DNA of 61,842 bases, the filler included. It is 6 parts of 6 records of this genome, joined end to end, with 100 filler letters (N's around TTAATTAATTAA, not from the genome) between each part and the next. Parts side by side here need not be neighbours in the genome. Positions count along the whole stretch, not along the records: positions 12,134 to 19,399 come from SRR22947727_2904; positions 19,500 to 27,321 come from SRR22947727_2908; positions 27,422 to 41,786 come from SRR22947727_2912; 3 more parts are not named here. One strand, 5' to 3'. Shown one piece after another: positions 18,945 to 29,588 of this stretch (the first letter of the stretch is position 1; every line of letters starts with the position of its first letter). The position numbers were made by a program, and so were the translations under genes. Below the pieces are notes generated by a model. That model was not told the DNA's origin, made no database searches, and saw only the letters and a program-made list of their open reading frames with translations.

Positions 18945-19399
18945 GTGGCCAATCGAGACAATAATTTAGACATCGTAATCATTGGCGCGGGGTTTTCGGG
19001 CCTGTATATGCTCTATAAGTTGCGAAAAAGTGGCTACAGAGCACGAATATATGAGAAAGGCCATGGTGTCGGCGGTACCTGGTACTGGAATCGTTACCCT
19101 GGTGCAGGCAGTGATATCGAGAGCCTTGAATACTCTTACGGTTTTGATGATGCACTGCAGCAAGAGTGGGAATGGAAAGAGCGTTATGCCTCTCAGCCGG
19201 AACTCGAGAAATATCTGGAGCACGTTGCGGAACGATTTGACCTAAATAAGGATATTGTTTTTGGTCAGACCGTCGCCGGCTTGCAGTGGGACAAAGTCGC
19301 AGCTCAGTGGAGATGCGAGTTCGCTGATGGTGACGTAGTGGAGGCTCCTTATGTGGTCATGGCGACAGGGTTGCTTTCTGCTCCTAAGGCACCAGACTT
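18945..19399 (+). CDS. Baeyer-Villiger monooxygenase (cyclohexanone-monooxygenase family), truncated by contig end
   Basis: GTG start after GGAGG; IIGAGFSG, GGTWYWNRYPGA, DIES..YSY, ATGLLS. Confidence 0.9.
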
Positions 19400-19499
19400 N
19401 NNNNNNNNNNNNNNNNNNNNNNNNNNNNNNNNNNNNNNNNNNNTTAATTAATTAANNNNNNNNNNNNNNNNNNNNNNNNNNNNNNNNNNNNNNNNNNNN
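19400..19499. other. Artificial contig spacer
   Basis: N-run + TTAATTAATTAA + N-run. Confidence 0.98.
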
Positions 19500-21336
19500 A
19501 TTTTTTAATTAAGTCCCTCATTCCTGTTGATTCTAATTGAAAAACTGCCATAGTTTTACCTGAAGAAAGCAGATCAAATACCTTTTGATCATTCATAGAT
19601 ATATTGTCTAAATCTATTTTATTCTGATCTTTTAATGATGCGTTTATAGATTTTACTGCCCTATCAATTACAGTAAGTGTTCTTAAACCAAGAAAATCAA
19701 ATTTAACTAAACCTATTTTTTCTACATCATCTTTATCATATTGGGTCATGACTGAAGAAGATTGTCTATCATTATAAATAGGACAAAAATCTGAAAGGCT
19801 TCCTGGAGCTATAACAACCCCACCGGCATGTTTTCCAACATTTCTAGTAATACCTTCAAGCTTGTATGCTAAATCAACAACCTCTCTAACTTCAGGATCA
19901 TTTTTAGCAGCCTGAGCAAATACTGGTTGCTCATCTTTTGCTCTATCCAGCGTCATTCCTGGCGCAAATGGAATCATCTTCGAAATTCTATCTCCAAGAG
20001 CGTAAGGTTTTCCCATTGCTCTTGCAACATCTCTGACAACTGCTCTTGCAGCCATTGTGCCAAAAGTTGCTATCTGAGAAACAGCATCAGCCCCATACTT
20101 TTTACTAACATAATCTATTACGCTGTCTCTTTTTTCCATACAGAAATCAATATCAAAATCTGGCATTGATATTCTCTCCGGATTTAAAAAGCGCTCAAAC
20201 AAAAGACCGTGATCAATAGGATCAAGAGTTGTTATTCCAAGTGAATATGCAACTAGTGAACCTGCTCCTGAACCCCTTCCAGGCCCAACAGGAACATCGT
20301 TATCTTTTGACCATTGAATAAAATCATAAACAATCAAAAAGTAACTTGAAAAGCCCATTTTCTTAATCTGATTTAATTCGTATTCAAGTCTTTGCGCATA
20401 TATCTTCTGTTTTGTTTCTTCAAAATCAGTGATTAGCTTTGAAAGTCTTTTTTTAGCAAGATCTTCCAAAAAGGAATCAAAGCTATGTTCTTCTGGGACT
20501 GGGTATTCTGGAAGAAAGTAACCCTTAGTGTGGAGAGAAACATTACATTTTTTTGCTACTTCATTTGTATTAACAATAAGCTCTTCAAAACCCTTAAATA
20601 ATTTTTGCATCTCATCAGAGGTTTTAAAATACTGCTCATCTGAGAATGGCTTTTCTCTGTTTGGATCATTGAGAGTCTTGCCCGTATTGATACAAACTTT
20701 TGTTTCATGTATTTCATAATCATCCTTTGAAGAAAACAAAACATCATTTGTAGCTATCAAAGGAATACCTTTTTTATTTGATAAAGGAAGAATATTTGAA
20801 AAAAATTCAATTTCATCAGATCTATTTGTTTTTTGTACTTCAATAAAAAAGTCATTCTTGAAAACTGTTAAAAAATCATCAATTTTTTTTTCGATCTCAT
20901 TAATTTTATTTTGTTTTGACAGTTCAAAAATATGACTATCTTTTCCTCCAGAAACAACGATTATATTGTCCTTAAAGTTCTTTAAATCTTTGAAATTAAT
21001 TATTGGAGTTTGATAAGTATAATTATTATGAGCAGAAGAAATTGCTTGCATTAAATTTCTGTGCCCATCATTGTTTTTTGCCAAGCATAATAGTTCATGA
21101 GAAGAATCATCTCCATCAAATATAACCCTTATTGATGTACCTGATATTGGTTTAATTCCAGACGCTTCACACTTATTAAAAAACTTTACCATTGCAAACA
21201 TATTTGATTTATCTGTTAAAGCTACAGATGGAATAGTATGTTTTTTAGCACTTTCTATAATTTGATCGATGGTTAGAAGGCCTTGAGATATACTATATTC
21301 TGAAGAAACTCTTAGATGTGAAAAAATATTTTTCAT
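19500..21336 (-). CDS. dnaE: DNA polymerase III alpha subunit, 3'-truncated
   Basis: PHP domain, GPGRGSGAGSL, FERFLNPERISMPDFDIDF, GKHAGG, KFDFLGLRTL, VFQLES. Confidence 0.97.
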
Positions 21337-21340
21337 ACTT

Positions 21341-21886
21341 CTAATTAAGAACTCCTTTAAAAGTTAACCTATGAATAGGAGTTGGTCCATAATTTAAAAT
21401 TGCTTCTTTATGTACTTTTGTTCCATAGCCTTTGTGTTGTGAAAATCCATATTCTGGGTATTTTTTATCGATCTCTATCATCAAATTATCTCTATACACT
21501 TTTGCAATTATTGAAGCGGCGCTAATCTCTTCAACTAAAGAATCTCCACCAATAATAGTTTGGGTATCTATATCTAAATCAGGTTTATGAATACCATCAA
21601 TTAGAACTTTTTCTGGTTTAGTAGAAAGGTTAAGTATAGCTCTTTTCATTGCCAATAAAGAAGCTTGAAGAATATTAATTTCATCTATTTCTTGTTCTGA
21701 TGCTATTCCAAAAGAAAAGTAAGAATTTTGCATTATTAATTCTGATAATTTATTTCTTTTTAATGGGGTTAATTTTTTTGAGTCCTTTAAACCAGGAATA
21801 TTATTCCTAAGAATAACTGCTGATGCAATAACAGGGCCTGCCAAACAACCTCTACCAACTTCATCTACTCCGGCAATAATTTTCAA
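21341..21886 (-). CDS. rnhB: Ribonuclease HII
   Basis: AGVDEVGRGCLAGPV, DSKKL, ISAASIIAKVYRD, HKGYGT. Confidence 0.96.
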   Translation of the reverse strand: MKIIAGVDEVGRGCLAGPVIASAVILRNNIPGLKDSKKLTPLKRNKLSELIMQNSYFSFGIASEQEIDEINILQASLLAMKRAILNLSTKPEKVLIDGIHKPDLDIDTQTIIGGDSLVEEISAASIIAKVYRDNLMIEIDKKYPEYGFSQHKGYGTKVHKEAILNYGPTPIHRLTFKGVLN

Positions 21887-22998
21887 AGCGAAAGAATTTT
21901 TTGTGCTGACTCTTCTGGACTCAGTCCAATTAATAAATTTCTAAGTGTGATTGAAATGTTTTCGCCCTCATTATTATTTTTTATTGATTCTGCTGCTTCT
22001 AGTATAGATTTTGCATTGCATGATCGCTGAATGAGTTCAGGAAAATTTCTTTTACCTAATAAAAGATTTGGGAGTCCAACATCATCGATCTTAAGCATTC
22101 TTGAAATAATAAAATAGTTTATTGGGTTGGTCTTGTAACAAATAATAGGACTTGTTCCTAGTACAGCTGACTCTAGGGTGGCTGTACCAGAAGTGACCAC
22201 TGAAAAATCAGAAATTGATAAAAAATCTTTGGTGCAATTTATGCCAACTAATACTGGAAGATCTGAGGGTATATCCTTTTTTATCATTTCTAAAGATTGA
22301 TTGTCAGATGCAGGAATTAGGTATTCATAATGACTATACTTGCTTGAATGCAATTTTATAAATTCGATATAGGTTGGTAATAAATTTTTAATTTCTGATT
22401 TACGGCTTCCTGGAAGAATAGATACAAATTTTTTTGATGGATCTAAATTAAAATTCTTGATCACGATTTCTTTATTTTCAGGAAATAGTTTGCAGAAAGG
22501 ATGTCCTATATGAATACTTGGTAAGTTTTTTTTCTTATAAAAATTATCTTCAAAATTAAACAAACAAGCTGTCAAGTCTATGTATTTTTTTATTTCTTCT
22601 ATTCTATTTTCTCTCCAAACCCAAACTGAAGGACTTACAACTTGAATATTTTTACAAGTATTTTTAAGTTTAAGCGCTTTATGAATACTTATATTAAAGT
22701 CAGGAGAATCAACACCTATAAAATAATCAATCTCTTTTTCAATAAATAATTTAATTAGTAGTTTTCTAAACTTAATTAACTCTCTCAGATTTAAAAGTGG
22801 TTCTATAAGACCCATAACATGTAGTTTCTTAAAATCAAATAGAGGTTTTAAGCCTTGTTTAATTAATTTTGGTCCACCCACCCCATAAAGTTCAATGTTG
22901 TGAGTCTTTGCTAGGCTTTTGATAATTTTTGTTCCAAGCCTGTCACCTGAATACTCTCCGGCAACAATTCCAACTTTTAAGATTGGTTTTGAATTCAC
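21883..22998 (-). CDS. lpxB: Lipid-A-disaccharide synthase
   Basis: AGEYSGD, DSPDFN, SPSVWVWR, LPGSRKSE, SGTATLE, LPNLL. Confidence 0.95.
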   Translation of the reverse strand: MNSKPILKVGIVAGEYSGDRLGTKIIKSLAKTHNIELYGVGGPKLIKQGLKPLFDFKKLHVMGLIEPLLNLRELIKFRKLLIKLFIEKEIDYFIGVDSPDFNISIHKALKLKNTCKNIQVVSPSVWVWRENRIEEIKKYIDLTACLFNFEDNFYKKKNLPSIHIGHPFCKLFPENKEIVIKNFNLDPSKKFVSILPGSRKSEIKNLLPTYIEFIKLHSSKYSHYEYLIPASDNQSLEMIKKDIPSDLPVLVGINCTKDFLSISDFSVVTSGTATLESAVLGTSPIICYKTNPINYFIISRMLKIDDVGLPNLLLGKRNFPELIQRSCNAKSILEAAESIKNNNEGENISITLRNLLIGLSPEESAQKILSL

Positions 22999-23778
22999 TT
23001 ATCTTAAAATACCGCGAGAAGAAGTTTTTATTGATTTAATGAATGTTTCCAAATAAATATCACTTGTGTCAGATAATATTAGATCAAGTTCTTTTATGGC
23101 CTCATTCAATTTAAGTTCTTTTTTATAGACTAGTTTAAAAGCTTTTTTAAGGGTTGCTATTGAATTAGCAGGAATATCATTTCTAGTCATACCAACTGAG
23201 TTTAAGCCGACTATTCTTCCTGGATTTGAAGCAGCTTTTAAAAATGCAGGAATATCCATGGTAACTGAGGTATTCATACCTAAAAAAGAATGGTCGCCTA
23301 AACAACAAAATTGATGAACTGCTGAGTATCCACCAATGACTACGAAGTTTCCAATTGTTACATGACCAGCAAGACCGGCATTATTTGCAAAAATATTATT
23401 GTTACCAATGACGCAATCGTGTGCAACATGAGTATATGCCATAAATAAATTATCACTCCCAATTTCCGTAACACCCTTGTCTTGAACCGTGCCTCTGTGG
23501 ACTGTAACTCCTTCTCTAAAAATATTATTATCGCCAATAATTAATTTAGTATCTTCTCCATCATATTTCTTGTCAGGAGTATCTTCTCCAATAGAAGAAA
23601 ATTGATAAATAACATTATTTTTTCCTATTTTGGTAGGTCCTTTTATAATTACATGACTTAAAACAGAGGTACCTTCACCCAACTCAACTGCATCGCCTAT
23701 AATACAAAATGGACCAATATGAACAGATGGATGAATTTTAGCAGAACTGCTAATTATTGATGATGCATCTATACCCAT
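22999..23778 (-). CDS. lpxA: UDP-N-acetylglucosamine acyltransferase
   Basis: Hexapeptide repeats, REGVTVHRGT, HVAHDC, LAGHV, VHQF, RGILR end. Confidence 0.96.
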   Translation of the reverse strand: MGIDASSIISSSAKIHPSVHIGPFCIIGDAVELGEGTSVLSHVIIKGPTKIGKNNVIYQFSSIGEDTPDKKYDGEDTKLIIGDNNIFREGVTVHRGTVQDKGVTEIGSDNLFMAYTHVAHDCVIGNNNIFANNAGLAGHVTIGNFVVIGGYSAVHQFCCLGDHSFLGMNTSVTMDIPAFLKAASNPGRIVGLNSVGMTRNDIPANSIATLKKAFKLVYKKELKLNEAIKELDLILSDTSDIYLETFIKSIKTSSRGILR

Positions 23779-24218
23779 TAAGCTTTCCTATCAGCACAAA
23801 GTATTGTTGCTGAACATACCAGTCTATCATCAACAAAAGCTTTAGTTTCAAACTTCCAAATACCCTTCTTTTCATTTACGATTTCACTATGAAGATGGAG
23901 AATGTCTTCAGGACCTACTCGAGACCTAAACCTAGCCTTATCAACACCAGCAAAAACATAAATAGAACCTTCTTGGGGTGTTTTATTCATAGTTTTGAAG
24001 CCTAAGATGCCTGATGCCTGAGCCAAAGCTTCCAAAATAATAACTCCTGGCATAACTGGGTTATTTGGAAAATGACCTCTAAAATAATCTTCATTTGAGG
24101 AATTTCTTTTAATGCAATGTATTTTTTTTCCAAGTTCGATATAAACTATTTCATCAATAAACAAAAATGGTTCTCTATGAGGCAGAAATTTACTAATTTC
24201 TTCAGCATGATTTGACAT
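23778..24218 (-). CDS. fabZ: 3-hydroxyacyl-ACP dehydratase
   Basis: LPHREPFLFID, GHFPNNPVMPGVIILEALAQ. Confidence 0.96.
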   Translation of the reverse strand: MSNHAEEISKFLPHREPFLFIDEIVYIELGKKIHCIKRNSSNEDYFRGHFPNNPVMPGVIILEALAQASGILGFKTMNKTPQEGSIYVFAGVDKARFRSRVGPEDILHLHSEIVNEKKGIWKFETKAFVDDRLVCSATILCADRKA

Positions 24219-24220
24219 AA

Positions 24221-25156
24221 TTAGATTCTTTTTTTTATAAAAATTGACGACTTAGCCCAATCTTTTTGATTTTGAGCTGGCATTATACCAATATAATTGC
24301 CTGATTTATTTATGCTTTTTGTAATTAATGTATGAGCACCTACAGTTACATCATCGCATACAGATAAGTGCCCTAAGACTCCAGAAAGTCCTCCCATTTG
24401 AAAATTTTTACCAATTATAGTTGATCCCGCTATAGCACAAGAAGCAGCAATTGCTGAATTTTCTCCCAAGACTACATTGTGAGCAATTTGAATTTGGTTA
24501 TCTAATTTGACTCCGTCATGAATTTCAGTGTTATCTAGAGCTCCTCTATCAATAGTACAAGAGGCTCCAATTTCAACGTCTTTTCCAATAACTAATTTAC
24601 CAAGTTGCTCTATTTTGATATAACCATCTTTAAAAGGTGCATATCCAAAACCATCCGAACCAAGGACCGAGCCATTATGAATTACAGAATATTCTCCAAT
24701 TACAACATCTTGAACTATAGAGCAATTTGCTTTGATGATTACATGATTTCCAATAATACAATCAGGTCCAATAACAACATTGGCACCTATAGATACATCG
24801 TTTCCAATTTGAGATCTATTTGATATAACTGCTGAAGGATGTATTGTTGGATTGTCAAATTCAAAAATTGGTTTTTTAAATAAAGTAGTTAGCTTTGCAT
24901 ATGCCAAATATGGATCTTCAGAGACAAGATAATTTTTTTGATTATCTATTTTAAAATTGGTTGCAACAATGACGGCATTAGCTGAAGTTGTCTTTATGTA
25001 CTTTTGGTATTTTTTATTCGTCAGAAATGATATGGATTCTTTAGTAGCATTCTGAAGAGTGGCAATATTGTTGACAACAGATGATTTATTGCCAACAATT
25101 TTAGAGCCTGTGAATTCTGCTATTTCAGATAGTGTGTATTCTTTAGTTTGAGACAC
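24221..25156 (-). CDS. lpxD: UDP-3-O-acyl-glucosamine N-acyltransferase
   Basis: GSDGFGY, EIGASCTIDRG, KLDNQIQIAHNV. Confidence 0.95.
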   Translation of the reverse strand: MSQTKEYTLSEIAEFTGSKIVGNKSSVVNNIATLQNATKESISFLTNKKYQKYIKTTSANAVIVATNFKIDNQKNYLVSEDPYLAYAKLTTLFKKPIFEFDNPTIHPSAVISNRSQIGNDVSIGANVVIGPDCIIGNHVIIKANCSIVQDVVIGEYSVIHNGSVLGSDGFGYAPFKDGYIKIEQLGKLVIGKDVEIGASCTIDRGALDNTEIHDGVKLDNQIQIAHNVVLGENSAIAASCAIAGSTIIGKNFQMGGLSGVLGHLSVCDDVTVGAHTLITKSINKSGNYIGIMPAQNQKDWAKSSIFIKKRI

Positions 25157-25692
25157 TACTCGGACTGAGTATTAGTCCCAGAAGCAGCAACATCCAACAT
25201 AGATGTAACATCATCAGTTAGATCAAGAGCTGGATCACTAAATAAAATACTCTCATTTTTCTGAAATAAAACTTTTATTTGTTTTGCTTGTATAAGCTCC
25301 CCAATTATCTTCTGCATTGAGGCCCCGTTATCTGCAAAAACTTTTTGAGCAGTTTCTTCTTGAGCTTGTTGAATTTTACCAGCAAGAAATTCTATATCTT
25401 TACCTTTTGCTTGAATATCTTTTTGCATTTTTGCAATATCTTCTTGAGATAATGTTTCAAGTTCTTTTTGAAGTTTTTCTGCAATAGTCTGTCTTTCTGC
25501 CTGAAGAGACTGAGCTTTTTCTAGATTTGCTGAATAATCAGCATCTTCTTCCAAAGCCTTGAATGCATCATTGGCAGCTTGGGTTGATAAAACAGCAGTT
25601 CTCATATCTATCACAGCAATGCCTTCAGCTGCAAATGTAGGCATGCATAAAAGCAAAACCGCTAGTAAATTTATTTTAAACATATTTTTCAT
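25156..25692 (-). CDS. skp: Periplasmic chaperone Skp/OmpH
   Basis: Signal peptide, IAVIDM, coiled coil, DLTDDV; position between bamA and lpxD. Confidence 0.9.
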   Translation of the reverse strand: MKNMFKINLLAVLLLCMPTFAAEGIAVIDMRTAVLSTQAANDAFKALEEDADYSANLEKAQSLQAERQTIAEKLQKELETLSQEDIAKMQKDIQAKGKDIEFLAGKIQQAQEETAQKVFADNGASMQKIIGELIQAKQIKVLFQKNESILFSDPALDLTDDVTSMLDVAASGTNTQSE

Positions 25693-25728
25693 AATTACCC
25701 CTTAAATGGTGATGGTATTTTATATTAA

Positions 25729-27321
25729 TTAGAAAACATTTCCTACTGTGAATTGGAATTCCTTTGTTCGTTCAAATTCACCAGCATTTTGTGGGCTTGC
25801 TATTGCAAAACTCATAGGCCCAAAACCAGTAATCCAAGTTACACCTACTCCATAGGAATATCTTAAATCCTCAACGGATGGTTTGTAACAATTTAATTGG
25901 TAATCTTTGCAATTATCAGAAAAAACATTTCCAAAATCAAAAAAGAAAGCAGATCGCAGTGAACGCTGATCTTCAATAAATGGCAATCTAAAAATTAGTT
26001 GGAGACTTCCTTCAACCTTAATATTGCCTCCTATTGAGGCACGATTTTGATAATTAGCATTTGCATAGGGATTATAATATGGGGTATCTAAAATATTATC
26101 TCCATCAGTATCAAGAAGATTAGGGCATGTGCCTTCAGAATAATTAAATTGATAACATGGGGGTTGAGTGCTTCTAGGCCCTAATGTATTTGATTCAAAA
26201 CCACGAAGAGATCTGGGCCCACCTGCATAGAAATTTCTAAAAAATGGCGTTTCTTTTGTGTCTCCAAAAGCTTTTGTATATCCTAGATCAATATTAAATC
26301 CAAAAATAAAATTTCTTGATAAAGGTTTATAGTATTTATGAATAAAATTTAATCGTGAATAGTCTATATCTCCTACAGGAAGTGTGGAAGAAAAACTAAA
26401 AACAGTTGATGAGCCATTAGTTGGAAATAGCCCTCTATTAAGGGTAACCCTTTGCCATGAAAGTTGAGCGGTTATTGTCTCAAAAATACTGCCTTCAGAG
26501 TCAACAAAATCCCATATTTCTCTTGCTGGTTGTGTTCCAATATCTATATCAGTTTTATCATAGGTAAGTCCTAAATTTAATCTCTGTGTATCAGATATAG
26601 GATAACCAAATTGTGTTCCAAAGCCTTGGGAGTTGCTTAAATAATTTGCAACGTTGAATTCACCATAATCAGTTTCTCTAAAATAAATATTGTAGCCACG
26701 GCTAACTCCATCTTTGGTAGCATATGGGTCTTGGAAAGAAAAATTATAACTTTCTGAATAAATATTTTTACTAATACCAATTCCAACTGTATTTCCTGTG
26801 CCAAGAAAGTTTTGTTCCTGAAGATTAAAGCCCAACATTAAGCCAAAGTCACTATAACCAATATTGCCGCCAATAGAGCCTGTGTTTTCCTCTTCAACAG
26901 TGTATAAGATATCTACTTGATCATCTGTTAAAGGAACAGGGATCGTCTCTACTTCAACCTCTTTAAAGTAGCCTAATCTTTCTAACCTAACCTTACTATT
27001 CTCAATTTGTTTGTCTGATGTCCAAGCTCCTTCAAATTGCCTCATTTCTCTTCTTAAAACATGATCTTGAGTTGTATTATTTCCTGCAAATAATATTTTC
27101 CTGGTGTAAGTTCTATTACCAGGCAAAATATTAAAAATAATTTTTACTTCTTTTGTATCATCATTTATGTCTGTGCTTGGATTTACTTCAGCAAAGGCAT
27201 AACCCTGATTCCCTAAGATGTTAATAAAAAAATCTTCTATACCTGAGATTTGGGACTGCGAATATGTCGTTCCAGTTAATGCTGATGTAACGTTTGCGTA
27301 GGCAGATATTGCAACAGGAAT
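25729..27321 (-). CDS. bamA: Outer-membrane assembly factor BamA, 5'-truncated (POTRA 4/5 + barrel)
   Basis: GNNTTQDHVLRREMRQFEG, RLGYF, NFLGTG, FYAGG..SLRGF, FQFTVGNVF C-terminus; frame open to the contig edge. Confidence 0.95.
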   Translation of the reverse strand: MPVAISAYANVTSALTGTTYSQSQISGIEDFFINILGNQGYAFAEVNPSTDINDDTKEVKIIFNILPGNRTYTRKILFAGNNTTQDHVLRREMRQFEGAWTSDKQIENSKVRLERLGYFKEVEVETIPVPLTDDQVDILYTVEEENTGSIGGNIGYSDFGLMLGFNLQEQNFLGTGNTVGIGISKNIYSESYNFSFQDPYATKDGVSRGYNIYFRETDYGEFNVANYLSNSQGFGTQFGYPISDTQRLNLGLTYDKTDIDIGTQPAREIWDFVDSEGSIFETITAQLSWQRVTLNRGLFPTNGSSTVFSFSSTLPVGDIDYSRLNFIHKYYKPLSRNFIFGFNIDLGYTKAFGDTKETPFFRNFYAGGPRSLRGFESNTLGPRSTQPPCYQFNYSEGTCPNLLDTDGDNILDTPYYNPYANANYQNRASIGGNIKVEGSLQLIFRLPFIEDQRSLRSAFFFDFGNVFSDNCKDYQLNCYKPSVEDLRYSYGVGVTWITGFGPMSFAIASPQNAGEFERTKEFQFTVGNVF

Positions 27322-27421
27322 NNNNNNNNNNNNNNNNNNNNNNNNNNNNNNNNNNNNNNNNNNNNTTAATTAATTAANNNNNNNNNNNNNNNNNNNNNNN
27401 NNNNNNNNNNNNNNNNNNNNN
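27322..27421. other. Artificial contig spacer
   Basis: N-run + TTAATTAATTAA + N-run. Confidence 0.98.
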
Positions 27422-27934
27422 TGCAATTTCAGTTGTACCACCACCAATATCTATAACCATATTTCCAACTGGTTCAAAAACTTGTAATCCAGCACCTATT
27501 GAGGCTGCCATTGGCTCTTCTATAGTGAAGACTTCAGATGCACCTGTGGCATGAGCTGCTGTTTCAATTGATCTTTGCTCAACACTAGTTACACCATTTG
27601 GAACGCATATGACTATTCTTGGTTTTGAATATGCTCTACCTATTGCCCTAGTTAACAAGGTTTTGACTAATTCCTCAGCCATTTCAATCTCTGAGATTAC
27701 TCCATCTCGCAAGGGTTTTACTAGTTCAATTGAGTCTGGAACGCGTCCAATAAGCTTTTTGGCTTCATTTCCAACAGCTAAAATACTTCCATCACCTTTG
27801 TTTATTGCAAGTATTGTAGGTTCATCAACGACTACGCCTACACCTTTTACATAAATAAGGGTATTTGCGGTTCCAAGATCTATTGCAATATCATTACCGC
27901 CAAATAAAGTTCTTCTAAGATTTAATCCTGCCAT
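27422..27934 (-). CDS. mreB: Rod shape-determining protein MreB, 3'-truncated
   Basis: IAIDLGTANTL, PLRDGVI, IEEPMAASIGAG, DIGGGTTE. Confidence 0.95.
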
Positions 27935-27981
27935 GTATATTCAGAATAATAGACTAAATATTCAAGTGAAATAGAATTTTT

Positions 27982-28377
27982 TTAGTTAAAAAATAGTCCC
28001 AACTCTCTTGTGGCACTCTCTTCAGAGTCAGAGCCGTGGACTACATTTTCCTCAAGCTTAGAGGCCAAATCTCCTCTAATTGTTCCAGGTTCAGCATCTG
28101 CGGGGTTTGTTGCTCCCATGAGTTCTCTAACGGCGAGAACAGCATTATCTCCTTCAACTTGCATTGCAACAACTGGACCGCTGGTTATAAAAGTAACCAA
28201 ATCACCAAAAAAGGGTTTTTCTGAGTGCTCTGCATAGTGCATTTCTGCTAGTTCCGTAGAAATTTGCATCATTTTCATCTTTGTAATTACAAAGTCTTCT
28301 TTTTCTACTCTATTGACAACATCGCCAATTATGTTTCTTTTAACTCCGTCGGGTTTAATCATAAAAAATGTTTTCAT
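27982..28377 (-). CDS. ndk: Nucleoside diphosphate kinase
   Basis: [21 protein letters not shown]. Confidence 0.97.
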   Translation of the reverse strand: MKTFFMIKPDGVKRNIIGDVVNRVEKEDFVITKMKMMQISTELAEMHYAEHSEKPFFGDLVTFITSGPVVAMQVEGDNAVLAVRELMGATNPADAEPGTIRGDLASKLEENVVHGSDSEESATRELGLFFN

Positions 28378-29588
28378 TTGTATTCCTTTATATACTCTCC
28401 AATTAAATATAAACTACCTAACAAAATAGATGGCTTGTTAGACAAATGAAATTCTTTTAATGTACTTTTTTGGATATCTTTATTATTAGCTATAAAAAAA
28501 TTTTCCAACGTATAAGTATTTTGTTGTTTAAAAAAACTACCGTCTTCAAGAACCTTAATATTCAGATAATTCTTTAACCATATTGTTTTTAGCATTTCCC
28601 TATAATCCTTATTTTTATTGAAGCCGACATAACAATCAAAATTTTTAACATCATCTATATTGTAGGAATATTCAAGTAGATCAAAAAAAGCCTTAATTCC
28701 TGAAGGATTGTGCGCGCCATCGATAATTTTTAGACTAGGGAGATTTTGGATTATCTGAAACCTACCTTCTGTTTTCATTTTGTGAATATTTTTAAGATAA
28801 AACGGATCATTGTCAAAATTATCAGTTTTATTTAGATTACTAAGAATAACTTTCGATACTTTAATTGCATTACTTTGATTAGATTCCAAATAATTTGTTT
28901 TAACAATACTCGAAGAATTAGCATATTCATCAGCTATAAAACCTAAATAGTAGTCTTCATTTTTTACTTTTAGAGAATCTTTGATGAGATGTTCATACTT
29001 TGTATGTATTTCCATGCTTCCGTTTATGAATTTTTTTACATTTCTTGATACCAATATTTTTTCATGTAAAATTTCTTCTATAGTCGTCCCTAGCAGTTCA
29101 GTATGATCTAAACCAATATTGGTTAAACACACTATCTGGCTATTTAATATTGAAGTTGTATCTAGCCGTCCTCCAATACCAGCCTCAACAATAAAGATAT
29201 CTAAATTATTGTTTAAAAAATAAGTTGCAGCAATCAAAAAAATCGACTCAAAATATCCAAGAGTAATTTTATTTGTATCTTCAAATACTCTTATCTTCTT
29301 CATTCCCCTATCAAGATCAATATCTTTTATAATTTCTTTTTTAATTTGAATCCTTTCATTCACATTGACTAAGTGAGGGGATGTAAAAAGTAGCGTACTT
29401 AAACCATTTCTAGATAACAATTCATTTAGAACAGTAGCCGTTGAAGTCTTACCATTTGTACCAACTATTGATACTGATCTCTGGCTTAATAGTTGTTTCT
29501 CTTCTTGGGAAAAAAAGTTTGATAATATTTCTAAGTTCTTGTTTGAGTTAGATGACGCTTTTTGTAATAGGTAATGAAGGTTATCCAT
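28374..29588 (-). CDS. folC: Folylpolyglutamate synthase/dihydrofolate synthase (divergent)
   Basis: [48 protein letters not shown]; valS-folC-ndk-mreB order. Confidence 0.9.
   Translation of the reverse strand: MDNLHYLLQKASSNSNKNLEILSNFFSQEEKQLLSQRSVSIVGTNGKTSTATVLNELLSRNGLSTLLFTSPHLVNVNERIQIKKEIIKDIDLDRGMKKIRVFEDTNKITLGYFESIFLIAATYFLNNNLDIFIVEAGIGGRLDTTSILNSQIVCLTNIGLDHTELLGTTIEEILHEKILVSRNVKKFINGSMEIHTKYEHLIKDSLKVKNEDYYLGFIADEYANSSSIVKTNYLESNQSNAIKVSKVILSNLNKTDNFDNDPFYLKNIHKMKTEGRFQIIQNLPSLKIIDGAHNPSGIKAFFDLLEYSYNIDDVKNFDCYVGFNKNKDYREMLKTIWLKNYLNIKVLEDGSFFKQQNTYTLENFFIANNKDIQKSTLKEFHLSNKPSILLGSLYLIGEYIKEYK

Noticed and set aside
13035-19245. Numerous antisense or alternate-frame ORFs over dctQM, TBDR, TetR and BVMO
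   Set aside because: Typical shadow ORFs of GC-rich coding DNA; the main-frame proteins have clear family motifs
22999-25156. Repetitive periodicity in lpxA and lpxD
   Set aside because: Ordinary hexapeptide beta-helix repeats of these acyltransferases
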